Positions 13,403-26,470 of a stretch of 64,000 nucleotides of DNA are shown here, piece after piece. Every line of letters begins with the position of its first letter. Position 1 is the first letter of the stretch. A program made the position numbers and the translations under genes. The stretch is from Eledone cirrhosa (Eukaryota): assembly GCA_964016885.1 (NCBI GenBank), contig OZ024745.1:113026001-113090000 (forward strand), given 5' to 3'. The notes beneath the pieces were generated by a model, which was not told where the DNA came from, did no database searches, and was given only the letters and a program-made list of their open reading frames with translations.

Positions 13403-13870
13403 TTATTAATTGATAATCTATTGCAGAATAAGCGCTCTACCTTCAGGGAGTTAATTATAAAACGGCCAGTCCCTTCTTTCTTTCTTTTTTATCTCTTTTC
13501 CTTATGCAATTATATATTCTATCATTTCTATCTCCCTCTCCCTTCTCTTTATCTTCATCTTTTTATCTTTTTCCCCTTTTCTCTTCTATTTAGCATTCTC
13601 TCTCTCTTTTGTCTTTTTCTCTAACACGGCTATTTACATATTTAAATATTTAATATTTATGTACTTATGTGTTTATTTATTTATTTATTTATTCTATACT
13701 TTCTCCTACTCACCCCCTCCTAATACTTATATCTCGCTACATATCCCTCTCCATTATATTTAGTTTGTCATGTTATTACTTATGGTATATAAATATTGAG
13801 TTTTGTAATAAATCACTGCCAAGACTGGAATTGAACCATCAGCACAGTTGAGGTATGTCATACATCAATT

Positions 13871-13941
13871 TATGTATTTTATCTGATGAGGACGTACTGA
13901 AAAACAACACAATACCTCCGAAATATATATAATAAAACATA
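13871..13941 (+). ncRNA. Type I hammerhead ribozyme (inverted pLTR upstream of the Penelope ORF)
   Basis: tatgtattttat-CTGATGA-ggacgtactg...caatacctcc-GAAA-tatata-TA-ataaaacata. Confidence 0.82.
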
Positions 13942-14275
13942 TATTTTGATTACGTGAATATCTCCCTTTATTAATATTTTGAATAATATTAATAACTCCT
14001 GAAAACTTACTGATGAGTGCTTTTAATCTATTGTAAAACTATATTCATTGAATAATCAATGAATCTTGTTTAACATTTGGTTATATATATATATATATAT
14101 ATATAGTTCCAGAGGAGTGTTATTTATCTTAGTTGTTACATTGAAATTTCATGACGATAAGCAGGTGCTAACGTTCCTAAGCACTACACGCCAGTACTTT
14201 ATCACAGGTAGGTGATGATGAATGATGGAGTACTCATTTATCAAATAATGGTAGTTAAGACGGGATTAAATCACG

Positions 14276-14436
14276 ATAATTGTTTATTGCATGATATATA
14301 TTTCTGTTACATGGTTATTCACATGACTCCGTCAGATGGTTACGCAATTAGAGGTTCAGTTATGCAATCATTGTGATATGCCTTTGGCCATGAATAACCA
14401 TGTAACAGGAATATATATCATGCAATAAACAATTAT
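14276..14436. repeat. Inverted repeat with 46-bp arms
   Basis: ataattgtttattgcatgatatatatttctgttacatggttattca (14276-14321) pairs with its reverse complement at 14391-14436 (1 mismatch). Confidence 0.9.
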
Positions 14437-15329
14437 GATGCAATTTTAGAAACTCTATAATAGCAGTCTAAGAATGTCACGAATATTTTAGAAACAACTA
14501 ATTGTTTGGCATTAACTTGAAATTACAGTGTATCACCCTTAACGAACTATATATGTTATGTATACGATGTCTCGTATGTGTGTTATTGTGTGTGTTTGTG
14601 CGTGTGTATTTGTATGAGTGTACTGAGTATCTGTTTTACATATAAACACGCAAGTGTGCATGTAATATAGAATAAGCAATACCCTTAACATTATTTGCCG
14701 AAGTACTAAAATAGAACTATTGGAAATAAATAATTTAAAGACTTCAGTCATTCAGCATGTATGTTCGTAGTATGTTACCATAAATATATTTCGTTAATTT
14801 TCACGTTGTTTTATTTTGTTACATATTGTTATATTTAAATTTGTGATATTTTTGTTGTTGTTATTTAGCCACAGGTTAGTTCTGACCAAGAAGATCCACA
14901 TTTAAAGGCATACTAATCATTAATTAGTACAATATATCTTTAAGTCGAACAGCTATTATAGAACTGTGATTTGTTCAATCGTACATTTACTATTTTCCCT
15001 CCCTAATGTGCAATGCAATTTGTTGATTTAGCGTGTTAAGATCTCATGTAGGTATCTCTTTGTTACTTTTATCTTTACTTGAAACCCCGTGAGCTCACTT
15101 TTGATTTTCGTTTTTCGGTATTGGCGTAGCTGTGGGGCGCAAGAGGGCACTACTTTTATGTGTACGGCATTGTTTTTCGTGGGGTGACGGTAAACTGAAG
15201 GGCCGTCCCGGGTGATAGGAACTTTAGCTACACTACGCTCATGGTCAACTTCTTCTGTCGGGTAAACTTTTCTCCCAAATTTATTTTGCGTCATTAAAGC
15301 ATGGCTAGGATGTTGATGTTGTAAGCTTC

Positions 15330-15545
15330 CTCTCGCAGTTCGAGCCGGCGGGGCTCGACGAAGGGGACGGCAAAAGGCCAGACAGCATGGCCATCTTCCC
15401 GTTCCACGGTGGAAAACCCCTCATCTGGGATGCCACATGCAGCAACACTTTCCCCAGCGGCAACCTGGTGCAGTCTGTGACTAATCCAGGCTCTGATGCA
15501 TTTCGGGCCGAGGAGAGTAAACTTTCCAAATATCGAGCCCATACC
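15330..15545 (+). mobile_element. Restriction-like endonuclease fragment of a CRE/R2-type non-LTR retrotransposon
   Basis: FEPAGLDEGDGKRPDSMAIFPFHGGKPLIWDATCSNTF...AFRAEESKLSKY matches the RLE 'RPD...WD.TC...AE..K..KY' motif. Confidence 0.85.
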
Positions 15546-16299
15546 AGTGGAGACTTAATGCTAGTTATATAATACACTTTTAAGATTCAATGTAGTTCCT
15601 ACTAATTGGTTTGAGGTGTTCAACAAAAATATTGCTAATTAGTCTCTGTTCTTTCCGCAACATTTTGTAAAGAATATAGAAACTTATTTTTTCTAGTGTA
15701 ATTTGTTGCTGTCTGAGATGTCTTACTAAACCTATTAAAAACTCATATAGTGATATCAATGAACTCCTATTTACCACCCTGTTAGGTACTTACGTTCACA
15801 GGCACACACACGCACATAAATTCCTTTGCGTTTTATTCTTGAATAGAATAGTATTATAACTACTACAATGTAATATTGATTTCTCATATTGGCATGATGT
15901 CGCAAATTTTAGGAAAGAATACAATCGATTATGTACCTGACTGCTAGTTATTTCTCCATCCCCAGGTGTATGGAAGACAACCTCAACTATAAAGGCATTT
16001 GAATTCAGAATAAAAAACAAACTGTGAACAAACACTACAATACACTCTGTTTGACTGTGTACTGATTCTGTTATATATCATTCATGTTGCAATGCTATAT
16101 TGATTTCTATTTTTAAAGGCCCTAAATTTTAAAAATAGAAACCACATTAAATGATTTACGTTCTTTAAACTAGTTTCAGAGGTAAAATTCCGTCTAGGTC
16201 GACATCACCTTTCATTCTTCCGGTGTTGATAAAATAACTTATACGTCGGACACGGGCATTGAAGTGTGTGTACTTATGACCATGTTACAAATTATTATT

Positions 16300-16920
16300 T
16301 TGGCAGTATCGGTAGAGGGTCGGACGCCATGCTTTGATGCATATAGCTACGGCCCTTTCCAATCTGAGTTCAAATCCCGCCGAGGTTAACTTTGCCTTTC
16401 ATCCTTACGGGGTCGATAAAATAAAGTACCAGTAATGCACTGGGTAATTGCTGGCCTTGTGCCAATAGTAGAAACAATTATTTAGAATCAGTAGGGTGGT
16501 GGATTGACAGAATCTGTTAGAGCGTCGGACACTATGCTTTGCAGCATAGAGTTACAATCCTTTACGTTCCGAGTTCAAATCCTGCCGAGATTAGCTTTGC
16601 CTTTCATCTTTACGGGGTCGATAAAATAAAGCACCAGTAATGCATTGGGGTCGATTTAATCGACTTTCGCCCTCCCCCAAAATTGATAGCCTTGTGTCTA
16701 AAGTAGAAACAATTATTTAGAACCAGTAGGGCGCTGGATTGGCAGAATTGGTAGAGCGTGGGACACCATACTTTGAAGCATAGAGCTTTGCCTTTCATCC
16801 TTACGGGGTCGATAAAATAAAGGACCAGTAATGCGCTGGTGTCGATTTAATCGACTTTACCTCCGCCCTTCAAATTGCTGGCCTTGTGCCTAAAGTAGAA
16901 ACAATTATTTAGAATCAGTA
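16300..16920 (+). mobile_element. Head-to-tail array of three SINE-A copies
   Basis: Three cores tttgcctttcatc..tacggggtcgataaaataaag. Each copy ends gtagaaacaattatttagaa(t/c)cagta. Confidence 0.92.
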
Positions 16921-17377
16921 ATTGTTCTTGGGTGTTGTATGTCAGCCAATGTCTAGTTTAATGCAACTACCTGGCCCTTGCGTGTGTTTAGTTGAGTCTA
17001 TTCTGCTGAAAGCATTTAGGCTTGGCTTTTTTGGGGATAGTTCCTTACCTTCTTGCTAACAGTAGCCCTGAATATGGTTATGGGCGTTGCTCTTGCTCCG
17101 CTTTCTAAACTATAAGAAAAGTACTGTATATACTATGTAAAATTTAATTCAAAATGTTAAAATAATATCAGCAATATTTATTATCTTTATGAATAATATT
17201 TACTCTATAACCTTGTTAGTCTATTTATAATCATCCACTGTCAGATACATTGATAAAGGTATCCATAAACTGATCATGATTATACAGGTTAAATAGTGTT
17301 GTCGCATCACATTTGATAGAATATGGGTCGGTGATAGATAGATATATAGTATAGATTACTATAAACATACAGGTAAT

Positions 17378-17443
<66 letters not shown>

Positions 17444-18278
17444 GAGAGAGAGAGTATTGAAGGGGTTATCAGGTGAAGCGAACTGACAGCATGCTTCCTA
17501 TCCATATAATAAATTGGTACAACCCTTATTCGCCCGGCATAGCCGTGACCCACCACCTTTGTTTAGCCAATAATATCGACACCAGTATTTTAATTGTTTT
17601 TTCAAGTCTGGTAACTATGTTATCAATCTCAGTTTGTAGAACTGCTAACTTACAGAACATGAACACAGACGTAAACGTAAAAACAAGCATCCCGTTTATA
17701 TACGGTTCCATGTTCCACCAAATGCATTTTATTGTGACACTAGAATTAAAGAGGCTGTCACCGACACAACTGCAGGGTTCTCACAGGCTTTCTACGGCTG
17801 AATACCCTTCTTAACATCAACTACTTTACAGCGTGTACTGGATGCTTTTATCGTTTAAACCGTGAATATAATTATGAAATCAATAAATTTTATAAGGATA
17901 TTGGAGGAAGGTATGTCAATTTGATCAGAATATAAATTAAATAGTTGTACATTAATTATAATTTAATTACATGGTTCAAATATTTCGTATCGAAATTAAT
18001 TCTTCACTCGTGTCTGCTATTAATTCAATGCTACATACTCATGCATATATATTTATGCTTATTCATTAGTATTGCTACTTGTTGCATTCATTAAATTCAG
18101 CCTATTAATTTCATTAAGTTTCGTTTTCATAAAGTATTCTGATTAATTTAAACCTAATTAATATTTTGTGACGACCATTAAACTTTAGAAGCAGGATGGA
18201 ATGTATTTGCTATTCACACCATTTTACATGACGTTTTCTGTTGTGCAGAAGTTTCTTTTGTTGAATACATATACCATG

Positions 18279-18600
18279 GTGGAGAGGCATGGCTTAGTTA
18301 GTGTTTCAGCTCACGATTGTAAGGTGAGTTCAAGTCTTGGCGGTGCGTTGTGTTCTCGAGCAAAACACTTTATTTCACGTTGCTCCAGTCCACTGAGGTG
18401 GCAAAAATGAGTTGTACCAGTAATTCGTAAGGCAAGCTTTGTCAGATTATATGTCACGCTGAACCTGTCTCAGAACTACGTTACGGGTACACGTTTGTGT
18501 GGAACACTCAGCTACTTACATGTTAATTTCACGAGTAGACTGCTCCGTTGTTCGTATCAATTGGAACAATCGTCGTTGTAACCGACGGAGAACCAGTTTA
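18279..18600 (+). mobile_element. SINE family B (CORE-type, tRNA-derived)
   Basis: A tRNA-like head is followed by gcgttgtgttctcgagcaaaacactttatttcacgttgctccagtccact. Homologous segments lie at 23935-24205 (-), 24938-25172 (+) and 44780-44920 (-). Confidence 0.75.
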
Positions 18601-18697
18601 ATATAACCCTCACCGTATGAAATTTTAATTTCAAAATAACAGCTAACTTGAACAAGCAAAGAACTATTAAATTGTCAGGAAATATTTTGGTACTTAA

Positions 18698-18898
18698 CCC
18701 TTTAGCATTTGTATTACTCCATATTTACTATTGTATTTTCACGGTAAAGGCTTCACCTCTCATAATACAGAATCCATGATATTTTGATATTATTCATTTT
18801 GAGAACAATATCTTAATATCGGTATGAGTTACAGCCGGTTTGAATAGAAAGAAGTGAGAGAATTCTGGCTAGATACAGCCGGTTAAAAAACTAAAGGG
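18698..18898. mobile_element. piggyBac-type MITE
   Basis: TTAA|CCCTTTAG ... CTAAAGGG|TTAA, giving a TTAA TSD and CCC-starting TIRs. Confidence 0.85.
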
Positions 18899-18992
18899 TT
18901 AAGATGCGACGGTCGCATCTAATTATTACTTTCATAATAGTTTCTCTTTTTTTGAATTTATATTTTAGTTTGGGTTCTCAGTTCAAATTTAC

Positions 18993-19492
18993 CCACAGTG
19001 CCATAGTGCGGTACCCTAGCTTAAAAGTGCCATATTTTACCACACTTTCTACCCATTGCCATAGTGGGTTCACTCTAGCTCCATATTTCCATACTGTGTC
19101 ACTCAAGCTCCCCAGTTCAATAGTGTGCCACCCTAGCTCCGCAGAGACATAGTGCGGCACCTTATCTTACAAGTGCCATATTTTCCCACACTATCTCCTC
19201 ATCGCCATAGGGGGGGGGGGGGTCGCCGTAGCTCCATATTTTGATACTGTGTCACTGAAGCTCCACAGTCCATATTGTGCCACCCTAGGTCCGTAGTGCC
19301 ATAGTGTGTCACCCTAGCTCCACAGTGCCATAGAGCGGCATTCTAGCTTAAAAGAGCTATATTTTCCCACGCTATCTTTCCATTGCCATAGGTGGGTCCC
19401 CCTAGCTCCATATTTCAATACTGTGTTTCTTAGACCCTTCAGTTCCATCGTGTGCAACCCTAGCTCCGCAGTGCCATGATGCGGCACCCTAT
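18993..19492. repeat. 29-bp minisatellite with a 5-mer (~146 bp) higher-order repeat
   Basis: The consensus cacagtgccatagtgtgccaccctagctc recurs at 29-30 bp spacing, and diagnostic variants recur every fifth unit. Confidence 0.85.
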
Positions 19493-20241
19493 ATCCGATG
19501 TTCTAACGACTCTGTCAATTCGCTGCCTGATAACAGAATAAGCTCCCACCAAAAAATAAAAATAAATAAAAATATATAAATAAACAATATGTTCACTCTT
19601 AGACATAGCTTACTGTGACTATTATAGTCTCTCTGGCAAATTACATAACTAATCGCAAAGGAATGTTACTCATCCGTAGGTTAGAGATTTTCTTTAACAT
19701 CAAGCAAACGAGAATTTGAACTATTGCCGACGGGCTTTACTGGAAATAGAATAAAGTCGTTGACATGGCTCCAGGCAGCTATATGTTCAACTCTGAAATA
19801 GTCTATTAGTGTTAATCACTATTTTATAACATAAATTATGATTGTAAGTAAGAGTGAGTGGAATAGAGAGAGAGAGCAATAGAGCAACAGAGGGTTGAGG
19901 GAGAAACTGTAATTATCAAACACTTTATTAATCACTTCTTACAATATTTCCTCTATAGAATGGCAACTTAATTTAATTCAGTTAAAGCCTATATATTCCT
20001 TCTAAGCGTCAATCGAAAAATTCAATTTAAATACCAACCGCATCAAATTCATGTGCGTGGAAAGAACTCAGAAAATCCTCTCCCATTTCCTTAAACGATA
20101 TCAGATGAAAATGTTCACTGGAGTGGATTCTTATTACATTTACCTGGTAGATATGACATTTATTAATTTTCAGCAGAGAAGTGGATGATCATAACATTTT
20201 CATGCTTTTCTGAAAGGTATTTGCAATAAAAGAGAAATAAT

Positions 20242-20326
20242 TGTTTCTACATTTGGCACAAGGCCAGCAATTACCCAATACATTACTGGTATTTTATTTT
20301 ATCGACCCTGTAAGGATGAAAGGCAG
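20242..20326 (-). mobile_element. 5'-truncated SINE-A with an 11-bp TSD
   Basis: Flanked by agagaaataat at 20231-20241 and 20327-20337. Confidence 0.88.
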
Positions 20327-21299
20327 AGAGAAATAATGTGCCTGTATTTGGAAGTGGAACCAGGTGATTGATACTGCGCATTGCTGCACAGTTTCTACTC
20401 TACAACACACTCACCTAATATCTTATGTAAACTATTATTTAATACATAACAGAAAACGGAAATGAAAAGATGAAATTTACCCTCCAGTAGTTAATAAGGT
20501 ATTACAATTATGTTCGGTAACACGCTGTTTGGAATTCAAATCATACTAACATCCTTATTGCAATTTTATGCATATAAATGTGATAAAACGAGTGTTTAAA
20601 TGATGGTGTAAGCAAAAATGATTACGCCATAGTTAATTCATGCGTGTTAAAAATTGAAAGAGGAATACTGTTATGCTTTAAGAAAATTGTAAAAAGTATA
20701 ATCAATTTTGGAAATGAATTTCATCAGACTTTGTTCATTTTTACGAACCTTCTTTCTTCTGTCTTCTTTAATCCCGTAAGGCCCGAGGGAGTCGGAAGGA
20801 AGCTGTATTGACATACGGCGCTACTAAGCCTGGCGGAGCCCATCTCCTCTCCAGATTTGAATACAACAGATTTCTTCTAAAGAGGGATAGAGAGTCAGAG
20901 AATGGAAGCGAGAAATGGAAGGATCGACTCCAGTACTAGGTTGGTGTTTATTTATCGACCTCGAATAGATGAAAGGCAAAGCTGACTGCAGCGGGATTTG
21001 AAATCAGGAAGCAGAGAGCCGAAACGAATACTGAAAATCTTTCTCTTCGACGTTCTAACGACTCTGCCAATTCGCCGCCTTTTTTTATGAAATTTAGTGA
21101 AAACTTACTTTTATTTTACAGAATAAGGAGCTAGATTACAATAATTAACTACGAAATGAGAAAAAATGCTTACTTATAAAAAAGTAAATAAATCACCCGT
21201 TATTTCATTATGTAACTAAACATTAAGGTATGTAGCATACGATAGACGAATATTTCTATCAGCTAGTAAATATAATGTATGGAAGTAATTTTGTTACAG

Positions 21300-21750
21300 A
21301 TGATTATCAGTTTTTTGAATATGGTTATCTATAAATAAAGGAAAGGAGCTGTTCATTATGTCGGATCTTCGCTGATACTATCTGCGAGCCACAGCGTCTG
21401 GCAGAAGAGGCAGCGTGAAATAAAATATTTGTGTGTATGTATGGATCAGTATATCCTGATGGCGTTGTAGGGCGCTGTAGTGATAAATCTGACGGATGCA
21501 ATCCCTTCTCGAGTTCTGAATACAGCCAATCTCTTGCAGAGAAGTATAAAGGGTGATAGAGAGGGAATAAAATAGAGATATAGATGAATGTTTTATCCAA
21601 ACCTGCATTAAGAACGTAGACCAACATGATGAAAGAATATGCATAACATTTTGCCTCCAAAATAGAATAGCTGCCATAGATTATGAAATGGACAAAGATT
21701 ATAGTGAAATTCATGGAATTAGTAGATCTTCTACCGATCTGGAAACTAAG
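21300..21750 (+). pseudogene. Probable decayed EGF-repeat (MEGF/laminin-EGF-like) exon
   Basis: After acceptor ttacAG (21299), the frame reads ...SCSLCRIFADTICE...FVCMYGSVYPDGVVGRCSDKSDGCNPFSSSEYSQSL.. and, after a frameshift, NRDIDECFIQTC. It carries several stops. A diverged partial copy lies at 23078-23236. Confidence 0.4.
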
Positions 21751-22211
21751 CCCCCCATACAGGACTGGTATTATTTTTATCGATATCGAAAGGATGAAAG
21801 GCAAAGTTGACCTCGGTGAGGTTTAAACGCAGATCGCACAGAGCTAGAATGAAAACCGCAAATCATTCCATCCGACGTTATAGCAACTCTGTAAATTGGT
21901 TGCCCATGCTGAATCAGAGAGCACAAAATTAAATAACCCAGATCATTTCACGGTATTTCTCTTACAGTCTGAGTACAAATGTCATCGTAGATAATAAATT
22001 AGTATTACATAAACCAAGTTGCGACAACAGGAAAATGTGTATACATGCCTGCCAATTATTGATTTTAAAGTATAAAACAAGATTAATAATTAATATAATT
22101 GGGTTAATAATTGCCAACTTTAAACTAATTAACAAGTATTACGATTTATTCAGGCGTTTGTATAATTTGAAACATGAAAATGTTTATATCCAAATACAGA
22201 ATGCTAATAAT

Positions 22212-22823
22212 AATTGTTTCTACTTTTGGCACAACGCCAGCAATTAACCCATTGCATTACTGGTACTTTATTTTATCGACCCCTTTAGGATGAAAGGCAT
22301 ATTTAACCTCGGCGGGATTTGAACTGAAACGTAAAGGGCCATAACTCTACGCTGCAAAGCATGGTGCCTGATGCTCTATTGATACTGCTAATCCACCACC
22401 CACAATGATAATAATAATTGTTTCTACAAGGCCAGCAATTTGAGGGGGAGGGGAAAGTTGATTAAATCGACCCCAGTGCATTACTGGTGCTTTATTTTAT
22501 CGACCCCGTAAGGATGAAAGGCAAAGCTAACCTGGGCGGGATTTGAACTCAGAACGTAAAGGGCCATAACTCTATGCTGCAAAGCATGGTATCTGACGAT
22601 CTGCTGATACTATCAATCCACCGCCCACGATGATAATAATAATTGTTTCTACTTTTTGGCACAAGGCCAGCAATTGCCCAGTACATTACTGGTACTTTAT
22701 TTTATCGACCCCGTAAGGATGAAAGGCAACGTTAACCTAGGCAAGATTTGAACTCGGATCAGAAAGGGGCGTAACTCTGTGCTACAAAGCATGTTGTCCG
22801 ACCCTCTACCGATACTGCCAAAC
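22212..22823 (-). mobile_element. Tandem array of three SINE-A copies
   Basis: Three minus-strand cores, each separated by 'atgataataataattgtttctac'. Confidence 0.92.
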
Positions 22824-23264
22824 CATGATAATAATAATGAAAATGATAATAACGTTAGAAAAGCGGGTAATACAACCCTGGGACAGCAGCCCCCTACACA
22901 AATTCTATATGTGTTGAATTCCTTATAAGTGCTTTACCTTTATGCCAAATGAGTTTGTAGCTTGTATACTGTTTGCAATAGTGTCCAATAATATTTACAC
23001 AATTATACTTGTAATACGTTTTCATTTTCAGAATATTTGTTCAGATCACTGCCATCTAATCATCATGCTGTGTGATTTGTTATCCAAACTTGCATTCATC
23101 ACATAAAACAATCCAATATGATGAAACAATACATATTGCATTTCCTCTAAATAATGAGATAGGTTCCATAGATTATGAAATGGGCAATGACTAAAGTGAA
23201 ATTGATGGAAATACTGGACCTTCTACAGATCCTGAATAAATATCTGCTATATCTGAATAAATAT

Positions 23265-23797
23265 CACCACAGTGGAAGCATCCAACGTCGCGAATATCCC
23301 TAAAATTACGTTAACTAAAGAGAAAAATCATGGTCATGTTGACTTTTCTTCAACTACCGAGGTATTGTGCATCACGAATACGCACCAGAAAGATAAGCAG
23401 CTACAAAGGGGTACTACCAGGAAGTCCTATCACATCTTCATTGTACAATGGCAGCTACACTAGGGCAAAGCTCCGGCTCATTCATAGCACCTGATATGAA
23501 GTTTGTTGGCAAAAGAAATATTTCTTTTATTCACCAGGTTCTCGAGTCTCCAAATTTCTGACGTCTGGTTGTTCCCCCAAATCGAGATGCCGCTTTAAGA
23601 ATCAAGAGGACATCATCTGGACTGCGATGGCAGGACTAAGAGCCATTCCAGAAGAAGCATTACAAATGTGTTTTCAAGAGTAGTAGGAAGAGTAGAATAA
23701 GTGTGGAGACCCAAAGGGACCTATTTGGAAGGGAACCTCACTAAGTACATAATGTTTTTCCAGACTAATGTGGCATAGTTTTTCTACAGACTTCGTA
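23265..23797 (+). mobile_element. Decayed mariner transposase 3' fragment
   Basis: Frames give RGIVHHEYAPE, GYYQEVL, WQLH*GKAPAH, DVWLFPK and GTYLEG, which are mariner DD34D-type motifs, with frameshifts. It ends at TA. Confidence 0.8.
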
Positions 23798-23934
23798 CAT
23801 TAATAACTATATATTTTAAACATCGATAATGTAATTAAACACACGTTTTTCTCTTCGAGGTCAGACATAGCAATCGACCAAATTAGTTTCAAATTTTATT
23901 TCTGATATAAATATTGCATATACTAAATCTAAAG

Positions 23935-24205
23935 TCTAAAGTCTGTCTCGAACCCGAAGACTCATCAGGCCGATGCGTTTCCCGGTTTCCGCGACGTGAA
24001 ACGACTGAAAGTACAAGACTGTCACTTGAACAGGACGCCAGTCCTTAGCAGGGTTAAACTCCCAACTATTGTTGGTACTCATTTTCAGCTGAGTATGCTG
24101 GAGCAATGTGAAATGAAGTATTTTGCTCAAGAACATAACGCACCACCCAGACCAGGAATCGAACCCAACATTATGCCATGAGGCCACGTACCACAACATA
24201 CTAAA
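23935..24205 (-). mobile_element. SINE family B copy
   Basis: The minus strand has the CORE-like segment and the 3' tail gtcgtttcacgtcgcggaaaccggg...ggcctgatgag. Confidence 0.75.
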
Positions 24206-25550
24206 TGCAGACAGCGAATTGGGAGAGTTGTTAAAACGTCGGATAGATTGCTTTTCTGTTCATTGAAGAGCGATAAATAAAGTACCATTGTAGTACAGAG
24301 GTCAGTCCTTTATGAACATCTCTCGCTAACACTCCCCACTCCCCCTCTTCCTCTCTCTCTTCCTTACTCACTCTCGCATTTTCTCTGGAAGAAATCAACT
24401 GTGTTCCAATATGGAGTGAGATGGCCCCTGCCAGGATTAAATCCTCAGTACACGCCGTATGTCACGGCCGTGTCCTTACGATCCTATCAGGCGTTAAGGG
24501 TTCATGGATGGATATGTACTAAATATGAGGACGAGAACAGCTTTCATCATACAGAAGCTGCAATGCAGTTTCAATTATTGAGTTAAAGTCATTTTGCTAC
24601 AGCTATGCTACTAATGCGTTGGAGAAAATACACAATGCTGTAGTTACTCTCCATTCAATCAAAACATACCATTAAACCCTATAGTAGTTTATCAAATATT
24701 TGGTTCCGCGCAAGTAAGTGTCTTTTAATAAAATTTAATAGATATTTGTCAGATGCTTCTCGTTATACGAATACACCCCCTCTTTTCGTTTTGAGTTTTA
24801 CTGACAATAAAGTGATGGGATTACACATAACATATTGTTATGGACCCCACGACGTTTTGATAGATTATACAAGGCTTTCTTGACACAATAAGTTTAATAA
24901 TTACTGCTATATACTAAATAATAGAACATAAGATTAAGCGTGGCCTAGTAGTGTGCTGGATTTACGATCATAATGTCGTGGGTTCGATTCCTAGAGTACG
25001 TTGTGTTCTTGAGCAAAACACTTCATTTCACGTTGCTCCAGTATACTCAACTGAAAATGAGTACCAGTAATAGCTGGGGGTTCTGCTAATATGGGACTCT
25101 TGTACGCTCAGTCGCTTCACGCCACGCACGGATAAGTACCGGCCTAATGAGCCTTCAAGTTTGAGACAAACTGTCGACTTTTAGATTTAGCGATTAAATA
25201 ACCTAGACTATGTCATATTGTCTTCATATATTCTGAGTTCATATTGCATTGCAACTAATAAATATATATTTCAGCAGTCAAGAGGTCAAAGCTGGGGACA
25301 ATGTACACAACTGTCTTTCAATCCACGTCTGAAATATATAGAAACACAATTAATAATATGTAATACTGCCAGCGCTATTATTTATTTGACAACAATGGTT
25401 TTATTGGCAAGAAGAGTGTGACACTCATCCACATACATACAGAAACAGCACATCTAATACATGAACTCATACAAAGTCGCTCAGATATATCAGAATTAAA
25501 CGAAAGAACATTTTTATTAACAGTCCTACTGTTGCTATTACAAAACAATG

Positions 25551-25805
25551 ACTACTACTACTACTACTGCTACTACTATCACTACCATCACATAGACCAC
25601 CCCACCCCAACACCATTAACACCACCACCACCACCACCACCACCACACTACTACTACTACTACTACTATCACTACCATCACACAGACCACCCCACCCCAA
25701 CACCATTAACACCGCCACCACCACACTACTACTACTACTACTACTACTACTATCACTACCATCACATAGACCACCCCACCCCCAACACCATTAGCACCAC
25801 CACCA

Positions 25806-25858
<53 letters not shown>

Positions 25859-25910
25859 TCACTACCATCACATAGACCACCCCACCCCAACACCATTAGC
25901 ACCACCACCA

Positions 25911-25945
<35 letters not shown>

Positions 25946-26006
25946 TTACTACTACTATCACTACCATCACATAGACCACCCCACCCCAACACCATTAGCA
26001 CCACCA

Positions 26007-26062
<56 letters not shown>

Positions 26063-26114
26063 TCACTACCATCACATAGACAACCCCACCCCAACATCAT
26101 TAGCACCACCACCA

Positions 26115-26172
<58 letters not shown>

Positions 26173-26207
26173 GATGATGATGATGAAGATGCAGCAGCAG
26201 CAGCATT
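25551..26207. repeat. Compound minisatellite: (CTA)n alternating with a ~55-bp C-rich unit, ~6 copies
   Basis: The unit tatcactaccatcacatagaccaccccaccccaacaccatta(g/a)caccaccacca is repeated between (CTA)n runs of variable length. Confidence 0.95.
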
Positions 26208-26470
26208 TTTAAAAGATTGAATAAAATCAGTAGATAACTTGTACATATTTTCCGAAGTCTGGAATAATAAAAGAGAAAGTCCGCCACCGAGTCTTGGAAC
26301 TAAATACAGCCAAGTATTTAGCGTTGTGTCACTTACGTTCCTCTACTTTCTTTGGAACTCGTCTTACCTTTGCTAAAATCTAATGTAATATCTAGAATAG
26401 TAGTTATCGTTATGTTGCTGATATTAGCTAAATGAGAAGATTGCATATATCCATAACAATCCCAACCACG

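Noticed and set aside
16300-16920. Regularly spaced repeats resembling a CRISPR array
   Set aside because: The DNA is eukaryotic, the units are ~200-bp SINEs, and there are no unique spacers or cas genes.
21325-21804. 159-aa minus-strand ORF
   Set aside because: It starts inside a SINE and has no recognisable domain, and the paralogous segment has stops in this frame.
23945-24000. GAAACCGG...CTGATGAG in the SINE-B tail (possible type II hammerhead)
   Set aside because: There is no NUH site or closing stem I/II, and the sister copy at 25120-25160 lacks the motifs. It is an ordinary SINE tail.
25418-26212. 264-aa ORF rich in Y/L/P/H
   Set aside because: It is a translation of the (CTA)n compound minisatellite. 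The frame drifts between units, so no peptide is conserved.
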